NCBI GenBank assembly: GCA_963922515.1
Contig: CAWUIW010000001.1
Coordinates: 1 to 53,608, forward strand
Origin: an uncultured Rhodobacterales bacterium
GTDB lineage: Bacteria > Pseudomonadota > Alphaproteobacteria > Rhodobacterales > Rhodobacteraceae
DNA length: 53,608 nucleotides
Reading direction: 5' to 3'
Shown: piece by piece, positions 29,722 through 37,822 of the stretch
Numbering within the stretch: the first letter of the stretch is position 1
How the letters are laid out: every line of letters starts with the position of its first letter
Program-made: the position numbers and the translations under genes
The notes under the pieces: generated by a model
What the model saw: only the letters and a program-made list of their open reading frames with translations
Databases searched by the model: none
What the model was told of the DNA's origin: nothing

Positions 29722-32169
29722 ATGCCCGATCTTCCCCAACACGCACGCGTTGTCATCATCGGTGGCGGCGTCATCGGCTGTTCTGTTGCGTATCACTTGA
29801 CCAAGCTGGGTTGGAAAGACGTTGTGCTGCTGGAGCGTAAGCAGCTGACATCGGGCACAACCTGGCACGCCGCGGGCCTTATTGCGCAGCTGCGCGCCAC
29901 GGCCAACATGACCAAGCTCGCAAAATACAGCCAGGAGTTATATGGCGCGCTCGAGGCCGAAACCGGTGTGGCGACTGGTTTCAAGCGGGTTGGGTCAATC
30001 ACGGCGGCTCTGACGGATGAGCGTTTGGAAGAGCTGCATCGCTCGGCTGCCATGGCTCGCGCGTTCGGGGTGGAAATCGAAGAGATTGGACCAAATGAAA
30101 TCAAGTCGCGCTACGAACATCTGAACATCGATGGTGTGACCGGAGGTGTCTACCTTGCCAAGGACGGGCAGGGCGATCCAGCCAATATTGCACTCGCCTT
30201 GGCCAAAGGCGCCCGTCAAAAAGGAGCGCAGGTCGTCGAGCGGGTGAAGGTTAAGGACATGACACGTGATGCGCGCCGCATCACCGGCGTCAATTGGGCT
30301 GGGGAAGATGGCACCGCGGGGCACATTGCGTGCGACATGATCGTGAACTGTGCAGGGATGTGGGGGCATCAAGTGGGTCGCATGGCCGGTATCAACGTAC
30401 CGCTGCAGGCTTGCGAACATTTCTACATCGTCTCAGAGCCTATTGACGGTTTGACACAACTTCCTGTGCTGCGCGTGCCGGACGAATGCGCGTACTACAA
30501 GGAAGACGCAGGCAAGATGATGTTGGGGGCCTTCGAGCCCAAGTCAAAACCGTGGGGCATCAACGGCATTCCTGACAGTTTTGAATTCGACCAGTTGCCC
30601 GAAGACTTTGATCACTTTGAGCCAATCTTGGAAATGGCAGTAAACCGAATGCCAATGCTGGGTGAGGCAGGCATTCACACTTTTTTCAATGGGCCTGAAA
30701 GCTTTACGCCGGACGACGCCTATCACTTGGGACGAGCGCCCGAGATGGACAATGTGTGGGTCGCAGCGGGCTTCAATTCTGTCGGGATTCAGTCTGCGGG
30801 CGGCGCGGGCATGGCACTGGCGCAATGGATGGAAGACGGGCAGAAGCCGTTCGACCTTGGGGATGTCGACATCTCGCGTATGCAGCCTTTTCAAGGCAAC
30901 AAAAGCTATCTCGTCGAACGCGCCAGTGAAACGCTTGGCCTGCTTTACGCCGATCATTTTCCTTTTCGGCAAAAGGCCACGTCACGTGGGGTGCGTCGCA
31001 CGCCGTTCCATGCGCAGCTGCAAGACAAGGGCGCGGTGTTCGGTGAGCTTGCCGGTTGGGAACGTGCGAACTGGTTCGCGCGCAACGGACAAGCCGCGGA
31101 GTATCAGTATTCGTGGAAACGCCAGAATTTCTTTGGCAACGTCGCCGAAGAGCACAAGGCCGTCCGTGAAAACGTTGGCATGTATGACATGTCATCCTTC
31201 GGAAAACTCCGCGTCGAAGGTCGCGATGCAGAAGGTTTTATGAATTACGTTGGTGGCGGCAATTACTCGGTCCCCATCGGCAAGATCGTTTACACACAGT
31301 TCCTGAATGATCGTGGTGGGATCGAAGCTGACGTCACCGTGACGCGCTTGACCGAAACCGCCTATCTGGTTGTCACACCCGCAGCGACACGGCTGGCCGA
31401 TCAGACATGGATGCAGCGGCATGTGGGCGATTTCAACGTCGTTATCACGGACGTAACCGCCGGCGAAGGTGTGCTGGCCGTCATGGGACCGAATGCGCGC
31501 AAACTGCTGCAGGCTGTCAGCCCTGCGGACTTTTCGAACGCCGTGAACCCGTTTGGAACCGCGCAAGAGATCGAGATTGGCATGGGCCTCGCTCGTGTTC
31601 ATCGCGTGACCTATGTCGGCGAGCTGGGCTGGGAGGTTTACGTGAGCGCAGACATGGCCGGGCACGTGTTTGAAACGCTGTACGAGGCAGGAGAGGATAT
31701 GGGCCTGATGCTGTGTGGCATGCATATGATGGACACGTGCCGCATAGAGAAGGGTTTTCGCCATTTCGGCCATGACATCACCTGCGAAGATCACGTGCTG
31801 GAAGCGGGGCTTGGCTTTGCGGTGAAGAAAGACAAGCCATCGTTTATTGGACGCGACGCTGTTTTGCGCAAACAAGACGAAGGTCTGTCGAGCCGTTTGG
31901 TTCAGTTCAAACTGACCGATCCTGACCCGCTTTTGTATCACAATGAGCCGGTCATCCGAGACGGCGAAATCGTGGGCTATCTGAGTTCCGGCGCTTACGG
32001 TCACCACTTGGGTGGGGCGATGGGTTTGGGCTATGTGCCATGTAAGGGGGAAAGCGCTTCAGACGTTTTGGCCTCGACCTATGAGATCGACGTAGCCGGT
32101 ACGCGGTTCATGGCCGAAGCGTCGCTCAAACCCATGTATGATCCCAAGTCCGAACGCGTCAAAGCCTAA
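29722..32169 (+). CDS. FAD-dependent oxidoreductase fused to a GcvT-type domain (dimethylglycine/sarcosine dehydrogenase family), paralogue 2
   Basis: Contains VVIIGGGVIGCSVAYHLTK, LTSGTTWHAAGLIAQLR, YVGELGWEVY and MDTCRIEKGF. Confidence 0.9.
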   Translation: MPDLPQHARVVIIGGGVIGCSVAYHLTKLGWKDVVLLERKQLTSGTTWHAAGLIAQLRATANMTKLAKYSQELYGALEAETGVATGFKRVGSITAALTDERLEELHRSAAMARAFGVEIEEIGPNEIKSRYEHLNIDGVTGGVYLAKDGQGDPANIALALAKGARQKGAQVVERVKVKDMTRDARRITGVNWAGEDGTAGHIACDMIVNCAGMWGHQVGRMAGINVPLQACEHFYIVSEPIDGLTQLPVLRVPDECAYYKEDAGKMMLGAFEPKSKPWGINGIPDSFEFDQLPEDFDHFEPILEMAVNRMPMLGEAGIHTFFNGPESFTPDDAYHLGRAPEMDNVWVAAGFNSVGIQSAGGAGMALAQWMEDGQKPFDLGDVDISRMQPFQGNKSYLVERASETLGLLYADHFPFRQKATSRGVRRTPFHAQLQDKGAVFGELAGWERANWFARNGQAAEYQYSWKRQNFFGNVAEEHKAVRENVGMYDMSSFGKLRVEGRDAEGFMNYVGGGNYSVPIGKIVYTQFLNDRGGIEADVTVTRLTETAYLVVTPAATRLADQTWMQRHVGDFNVVITDVTAGEGVLAVMGPNARKLLQAVSPADFSNAVNPFGTAQEIEIGMGLARVHRVTYVGELGWEVYVSADMAGHVFETLYEAGEDMGLMLCGMHMMDTCRIEKGFRHFGHDITCEDHVLEAGLGFAVKKDKPSFIGRDAVLRKQDEGLSSRLVQFKLTDPDPLLYHNEPVIRDGEIVGYLSSGAYGHHLGGAMGLGYVPCKGESASDVLASTYEIDVAGTRFMAEASLKPMYDPKSERVKA

Positions 32170-32873
32170 GGACGTGACCAGCGAAACGCAGCTTCGACGG
32201 TCTCGGCGCCGCGGTCCTTCACAAGCGGGCCATGGGCCATCGACAAGTGCCGGGGTTTCCAGCGCAGGACTGTTTCTGCCGCAGTTCTCGCCGCTGCGCG
32301 GTCTTGGAAGGCAACACGGAATTTTCGCGGCACCGCTGGCTCTGATCCGGTCATCAAATCCAGATTGGCCACAACCCGTCGCCAACCTTTGTACCAACCT
32401 TTTGGCAATTGCTGGGTCAGATCCGTGAATACCACGGTACGACTGAGTCGATGGTGAAATACATACTCTGTCGTAATCCGGTTCCCCGGGAACACAACTT
32501 GGTCCAGAGCCCCGCCCCAATTCGCGCGGCCCAGGTCCATGATATCAAGCCCGGGGCATTTGCGGTCTACACCAGGTGCCCCAAAAACTTGTGCCGCCGG
32601 GAACGCGCGGGCCCACGAATCGAGGAACATGAAATGCAGGTTGTTGGGAGCAACCAGATAGGCGACGCGGCCAAGCGCCTGGACGGCGGACATCAATTCA
32701 TCTGTCAACGCGACTGGCGAATGCACGAACAGCTGTCGTCCGGGCAGCCGGATCACAACCATCCGTGTGGGAAAGGAAAATCCGGCGGCTCCTAGGACAA
32801 CGGGGCCATCGGCAGTCCAAATTTCGTCTTCGAACGGGATCAACATAAGGGCTCCAAACCGCAGCCCCATCAT
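32166..32873 (-). CDS. DUF4336-like (metallo-beta-lactamase-fold) protein
   Basis: Contains IWTADGPVV...LVAPNNLHFMFLDSW...VVFTDLTQQL. The start is uncertain; candidates are 32873, 32870, 32846 and 32921. Confidence 0.7.
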   Translation of the reverse strand: MMGLRFGALMLIPFEDEIWTADGPVVLGAAGFSFPTRMVVIRLPGRQLFVHSPVALTDELMSAVQALGRVAYLVAPNNLHFMFLDSWARAFPAAQVFGAPGVDRKCPGLDIMDLGRANWGGALDQVVFPGNRITTEYVFHHRLSRTVVFTDLTQQLPKGWYKGWRRVVANLDLMTGSEPAVPRKFRVAFQDRAAARTAAETVLRWKPRHLSMAHGPLVKDRGAETVEAAFRWSRP

Positions 32874-32962
32874 GAATTGTGATGCCGAAGCCCACAAATC
32901 AAATGTGTCACCGGCGCACAAAACCTGACTTAATCCCGCAGTTGATTGATCAGGAGTTGCCC

Positions 32963-33871
32963 GTGTCTACCTCGGCTCGCGCGTCAGATAACATTGATAC
33001 GCCCAATGGGCTCGCGTTCGCGATCTCGGCTTACTTCCTTTGGGGCTTTCTGCCGATTTACCTGAAGTGGCTGGATCACATTCCGCCTGCCGAGGTTGTG
33101 GCCCATCGGATCATTTGGTCAGTGCCCATTGCGGCGGCTGTGTTGCTGGCGTTACGCCGCACCTCTGACTTGCGGGCCATTCTGAGTGATCCCAAGGCGC
33201 TTGCTTTGGGCTGTCTGACTGCGGGTCTGATTTCGGTGAATTGGGGCATTTATGTCTGGGCAATCGCCACGAACCAGGCAATCGACGCGGCACTTGGCTA
33301 CTATATCAACCCGCTCTTCAGCATCGCCCTTGCCGCTCTGGTTCTTGGTGAGCGACCGACAGGTTTACAATTTGTGGCCATTGGGTTGGCGGCCGCAGCG
33401 GTGGTTGTCTTGACCGTTGCAACCGGGCGCCTGCCCCTTGTTGCCATTGGATTGACCGTCAGCTGGGGCCTTTATGCGCTGTGCAAAAAATCCCTGCCGA
33501 TCGGTCCGAACCAAGGTTTTTTACTTGAGGTTCTGATCCTGTCATTTCCAGCATTGGGGTATCTTGGCCTGTTGGCCATACGCGGCGATGGGCATTTTGG
33601 GGTCACCTTCGAAAGCACTTGGCTGCTGATGGGCTGCGGGATCGTCACGGCCATTCCGTTGATGTTATACTCCAATGGGGCCAAGCTCTTGCGCCTGTCG
33701 ACCATCGGCATCCTGCAGTACATTGCGCCGACGCTCATCTTTTTGGTCGCAGTGTTTGTCTTTGGCGAAGAGTTCGATCTGCCCCGGCGCATCGCGTTCC
33801 CAATGATCTGGGCCGCGTTGGTGATTTACTCGATCCCGATGATCCGTCAGATGCGACAGGCCGCTAGCTGA
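32963..33871 (+). CDS. rarD: EamA-family transporter RarD
   Basis: The GTG at 32963 has AGGAG 6 nt upstream. Contains AISAYFLWGFLPIYLKWL...EVVAHRIIWS and YINPLFSIALAALVLGE. Confidence 0.85.
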   Translation: MSTSARASDNIDTPNGLAFAISAYFLWGFLPIYLKWLDHIPPAEVVAHRIIWSVPIAAAVLLALRRTSDLRAILSDPKALALGCLTAGLISVNWGIYVWAIATNQAIDAALGYYINPLFSIALAALVLGERPTGLQFVAIGLAAAAVVVLTVATGRLPLVAIGLTVSWGLYALCKKSLPIGPNQGFLLEVLILSFPALGYLGLLAIRGDGHFGVTFESTWLLMGCGIVTAIPLMLYSNGAKLLRLSTIGILQYIAPTLIFLVAVFVFGEEFDLPRRIAFPMIWAALVIYSIPMIRQMRQAAS

Positions 33872-34274
33872 GCGCTTCTTTGAATTTCAGAAACCGTGGA
33901 TCGGTCATGACCCGGGCGTTCATCGCCTCTCGCAAGGCGCCTATGGTCTTGTGCGGCCGCATCACCACTTCAAAGTGCTGGATCAAACCACCATCGTTCA
34001 AAGTGATCAGGTCCACGCCCACCGCATCGTACTGACCAACCCGGCATTGAAACTCCAGCGCCCAGTCCGCGCCGTTCCCCATGACACGTCTGTAGCGGAA
34101 ATCCTCGAAGACGGCGCCAACATGGCCAAGCACGGCAGCCACCGGCGCGCGTCCCGTCCAAGTGGCCCAGTATGTCGGTGGTTGGAATGTCACGTCCTCC
34201 GCCAAGATCGTTTCGATCCGAGTGTGGTCGCCCGAGGCAACGATATCCAATGCGGCTTCGATTGTGGGGTGCAT
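33864..34274 (-). CDS. SnoaL-like / NTF2-fold protein
   Basis: The ATG at 34274 is preceded by AAGGAGG. The 136-aa product begins MHPTIEAALDIVASGD and has no signal peptide. The family call is tentative. Confidence 0.65.
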   Translation of the reverse strand: MHPTIEAALDIVASGDHTRIETILAEDVTFQPPTYWATWTGRAPVAAVLGHVGAVFEDFRYRRVMGNGADWALEFQCRVGQYDAVGVDLITLNDGGLIQHFEVVMRPHKTIGALREAMNARVMTDPRFLKFKEALS

Positions 34275-34358
34275 CACAAGTCCTCCTTGTTGCAGCATTG
34301 CTGTGCGACTCTTGCGGGGCAAGCTTGACGTCAGGGACATCTGCGATATCCGGACGGT

Positions 34359-35003
34359 ATGAAAGCCTATACCCCACCCGACACACCACTGGACGTTCTG
34401 CATGAAGACGCGCAGATGCTGGCAGTGAACAAACCTGCGGGTTTGCTCAGCGTGCCCGGCAGGGGAGAGCATTTGGCGGATTGCCTGCTCCGTCGCCTAC
34501 AAGCGGTCTTTCCGGAAGTCTTGTTGGTGCATCGGCTGGATCGCGACACATCCGGGGTGATGGTGTTCGCCATGACAGCGCACGCCCAACGTCACATGTC
34601 GATGCAGTTCGAACAGCGGGCAACGAAAAAGACATATGTCGCGCGCGTTTTCGGCCATTTGCAGCCAAAGGAAGGAACGGTCGACTTGCCGCTTATCGTC
34701 GACTGGCCGAACCGTCCAAAACAGATGGTGTGCCACGACACGGGCAAACAAGCGATAACCGATTGGCGGGTGCTCAAGGCCGAGACCGCGGAAAGTCGGG
34801 TGCGTCTGCTACCACGCACTGGCCGCAGCCATCAGCTTCGCGTGCACATGCAAGCTATTGGCCATCCGATTTTGGGTGATCCGTTCTATTCCAGCGGTCC
34901 GGCCCAAGCGCATGACCGGCTGATGCTCCACTCAGAAGAATTGCGACTCAAACACCCGGAAAGCGGCCGTTCGATGAAGTTTCGCGCGGCGGCAGAATTC
35001 TGA
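34359..35003 (+). CDS. RluA-family pseudouridine synthase
   Basis: Contains LAVNKPAGLLS, HRLDRDTSGVMVFA (catalytic Asp) and GRSHQLRVH. Confidence 0.85.
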   Translation: MKAYTPPDTPLDVLHEDAQMLAVNKPAGLLSVPGRGEHLADCLLRRLQAVFPEVLLVHRLDRDTSGVMVFAMTAHAQRHMSMQFEQRATKKTYVARVFGHLQPKEGTVDLPLIVDWPNRPKQMVCHDTGKQAITDWRVLKAETAESRVRLLPRTGRSHQLRVHMQAIGHPILGDPFYSSGPAQAHDRLMLHSEELRLKHPESGRSMKFRAAAEF

Positions 35004-35096
35004 CATCACGCCCAGAAAGCGGACGTGATGCCAGAGGTCTTGATAAAAATGGCTTGGTTTGAATGGCTGTGTCGCAGTCTTTCAGGTGTCGGGTCG

Positions 35097-35321
35097 CTAG
35101 GCGCCAGTTTTTGCAAGATTGACTACGTTGTATTGTGGTGCCGCAGACGAAATCGCGGAAAAGACCCGGTCCATGAAGCTGCCTGCTGGTACGGGTGAGG
35201 ATTCAAGTTTCAGATACGGCGTTGCCGAGGCTGCGGCTTGGGTCGCGAGAAGGCATGCGCCGCAGGTGGCCAATGCCGCCGCAAGAAATCGGGCGCGTGT
35301 GGAAAAGCTGTGCGTGATCAT
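35097..35321 (-). CDS. Candidate small secreted protein (74 aa)
   Basis: GGAGA lies 8 nt upstream of the ATG. Signal-peptide-like RARFLAAALATCGACLLATQAAASA. No family was recognised, and an equally long antisense ORF exists. Confidence 0.35.
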   Translation of the reverse strand: MITHSFSTRARFLAAALATCGACLLATQAAASATPYLKLESSPVPAGSFMDRVFSAISSAAPQYNVVNLAKTGA

Positions 35322-35500
35322 TGGTTTGTCTCCGGTGTGCTGATCGCCCGGTCGGGCAGGTGATGAGGCAAGTCGCTGCGTTTCGTCTGTCAGCAGAATT
35401 ACCGATCCCGTGCCTTCAAACTGTGAAGCGGTTCACATGTTTCGCGATGACGCGAAAATATTGGCGAAAATTACCGGCCGCCTTCCATGGCCCGTGACGC

Positions 35501-35534
35501 CAAACAAAAAAAGAGGAGGCAGAACTGCCTCCTC
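35501..35534 (-). terminator. Rho-independent terminator of the aldehyde dehydrogenase gene
   Basis: On the minus strand, GAGGAGGCAG-tt-CTGCCTCCTC followed by TTTTTTTGTTTGG, about 30 nt after the stop at 35563. Confidence 0.8.
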
Positions 35535-35562
35535 ACCGTGTCTTGGATTGCGGAAACCGTCG

Positions 35563-37002
35563 TTACTCAGGCGTCCAACCGCTGACGGCTTTGACTTCAA
35601 GGAAGTCTTCGAGACCATAGACGCCGCCTTCGCGACCGTTGCCGGATTGTTTCATTCCGCCAAAAGGCGACCCGGCTGCCCGCGATGTGCCATTCATTTC
35701 AACCATGCCGGATCTCAACACGCGGGCCATACGGTTGGCGCGATCGGTGTCTTGCGTTTGTACGTAGTTGGTCAAGCCGTATGGCGTGTCATTGGCAACT
35801 TCAACAGCCTCTTCTTCGGTCTCGAACTTCATGATCGATAGCACGGGGCCAAAGATTTCTTCGCGCGCAATCGTCATGTCGTTGGTGACGTCTGCGAACA
35901 CTGTTGGCTTGACAAAGTAGCCCTTGTTCAGGCCGTCGGGTCGACCAACCCCACCGGCGACCAGCGTCGCCCCTTCATCAATCCCGGCCTGGATCAAGTT
36001 CTGAATCTTGTTCCATTGCAACTCGTTCACGACCGGACCGATGTGGCGGCCCTCGTCATGCGCACTGCCGACCGTAACCTTGGCGGCCACCTCGGCGGCA
36101 GTTTCTACGGCCTGATCGTAAATGTCTGACTGCACCATCATGCGGCTGGGCGCGTTGCAGGATTGGCCTGTGTTGTTCATCATATGAAGAACGCCGCGCT
36201 TTACCGCTTTTTCATCGGCATCCGCAAAGATCACGTTTGCCCCTTTGCCGCCCAGTTCCAGGTGCACTTTCTTCAGCGTTTCGGCGGCGTTTTTGGAGAT
36301 TGCTGTGCCGGCACGTGTGGAGCCGGTAAAGCTGACCATGTCCACGTCTGGATGGCCGGACAGCTGGGTACCCACGCCCATGCCATTCCCGTTCACCAGG
36401 TTGAAGACGCCGGGTGGGAAACCCGCCTCGTCCATGCATTCGGCAAAAACCATCGCGTTCAGTGGGCTTTGTTCCGATGGTTTCAGAACCATCGTGCATC
36501 CTGCGATCGCTGCGGCACCCACCTTCAAAGTGATTTGGTTTTGCGGCCAGTTCCATGGTGTGATCAGCGCTGCCACGCCAACCGCTTCATATATCAATCG
36601 ATCGTTTGGGGCATGATCGCCCAATGGACGGTCGAACTCGAACTCTCGTGCAGCTTCCAGAAAGCCTTCCAGATGCCACGTACCGGACGGCACTTGTTGA
36701 CGGCGCGCCATATCGATCGGAGCGCCCATTTCCATGCTGGTCACGTCGGCCAAATCCGCTTCGCGGGTCTTGTACACCTCAAGCAGTTTTTCGACCATGG
36801 CGATGCGTTCGGCAGGGGGCGTTGCCATCCAGCCCGGCAAGGCTGCTTTGGCTGCGGCGACCGCGGCATTCGTGTCCGCCTCTGCCCCAAGCGAAATGAT
36901 GGCACATGCGTCTTCGGTCGAGGGATCGATCACCTCGAAATCATTGGGTTGGCTTGGGTCGACCCACTGACCGTTGATGTAGAACTGACGCTTCTCAATC
37001 AT
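35563..37002 (-). CDS. NAD(P)-dependent aldehyde dehydrogenase
   Basis: The ATG at 37002 is preceded by GAGGAGG. Contains ITPWNWP, FTGSTRAG, ELGGKG and GQSCNA (catalytic Cys). 479 aa. The longer track ORF (to 37566) is a 5-prime extension antisense to the peroxiredoxin gene. Confidence 0.92.
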   Translation of the reverse strand: MIEKRQFYINGQWVDPSQPNDFEVIDPSTEDACAIISLGAEADTNAAVAAAKAALPGWMATPPAERIAMVEKLLEVYKTREADLADVTSMEMGAPIDMARRQQVPSGTWHLEGFLEAAREFEFDRPLGDHAPNDRLIYEAVGVAALITPWNWPQNQITLKVGAAAIAGCTMVLKPSEQSPLNAMVFAECMDEAGFPPGVFNLVNGNGMGVGTQLSGHPDVDMVSFTGSTRAGTAISKNAAETLKKVHLELGGKGANVIFADADEKAVKRGVLHMMNNTGQSCNAPSRMMVQSDIYDQAVETAAEVAAKVTVGSAHDEGRHIGPVVNELQWNKIQNLIQAGIDEGATLVAGGVGRPDGLNKGYFVKPTVFADVTNDMTIAREEIFGPVLSIMKFETEEEAVEVANDTPYGLTNYVQTQDTDRANRMARVLRSGMVEMNGTSRAAGSPFGGMKQSGNGREGGVYGLEDFLEVKAVSGWTPE

Positions 37003-37150
37003 CGCGGACCTCCTCTGATTTGTCCGGGTTTGGCCGCACTCTGTCACCGGGAACGGGTATCGGCAAGAGAGGGGATGAAACAGCGACACATACACATTAG
37101 CTTTGGCCTGGACCCGACGACTGTCCGTGATTCTGCGAAGGGAGGCCAAA

Positions 37151-37804
37151 ATGGGCTTGCGCATCAACGATACCGTTCCGAATTTCACCGCTGAAACTGA
37201 CCAGGGACCCATACAGTTCCACGACTGGATCGGTGACAGTTGGGCGATTCTGTTTTCCCATCCCAAAGACTTTACACCGGTTTGTACCACCGAGTTTGGT
37301 GCCGTTGCCCAACTGGCCGACGAATGGGAAAAGCGTGGAACCAAGGTGATCGGTGTTTCGGTCGATGGGGTCGAAGACCACAAAAAGTGGAAGGCCGACA
37401 TCGAAAAGTTTGGTGGCAGTGCGCCGACTTTTCCAATCATCGGGGACGAAGGGCTGGAAGTGTCGAAGGCGTTCGACATGCTGCCGGCAGATGCATACTT
37501 GCCGGATGGACGTACGCCCGCGGACAGCGCAACTGTACGCTCCGTGTTTATCATTGGGCCAGACAAGCAACTGAAGCTGTCGATGACCTATCCCATGACG
37601 GTCGGACGCAACTTTGCCGAAGTCGTGCGGGCTTTGGACGGGTTGCAAACATCAACCGGCAAAGGTGTTGCAACGCCGGCCAATTGGGTTCCCGGTCAGG
37701 ATGTGATCATTCCGGCCACCGTCAGCGATGAAGACGCCAAGGCCAAATTCGGTGAATTCACGACTGTGCTGCCTTATCTGCGCACGACCAAAGACCCAAG
37801 CTGA
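37151..37804 (+). CDS. 1-Cys peroxiredoxin (Prx6-like)
   Basis: Contains FSHPKDFTPVCTTE and ends in TVLPYLR. The ATG at 37151 is preceded by GGGAGG. Confidence 0.92.
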   Translation: MGLRINDTVPNFTAETDQGPIQFHDWIGDSWAILFSHPKDFTPVCTTEFGAVAQLADEWEKRGTKVIGVSVDGVEDHKKWKADIEKFGGSAPTFPIIGDEGLEVSKAFDMLPADAYLPDGRTPADSATVRSVFIIGPDKQLKLSMTYPMTVGRNFAEVVRALDGLQTSTGKGVATPANWVPGQDVIIPATVSDEDAKAKFGEFTTVLPYLRTTKDPS

Positions 37805-37822
37805 ACAAACTGACCAAAGGCG

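Noticed and set aside
37003-37566. 5-prime extension of the aldehyde dehydrogenase ORF (the track gives 667 aa), and ORF 36163..37194 on the plus strand
   Set aside because: The extension overlaps the peroxiredoxin gene in antisense. The ATG at 37002 has a GAGGAGG RBS and gives a standard 479-aa ALDH. The plus-strand ORF is a shadow frame.
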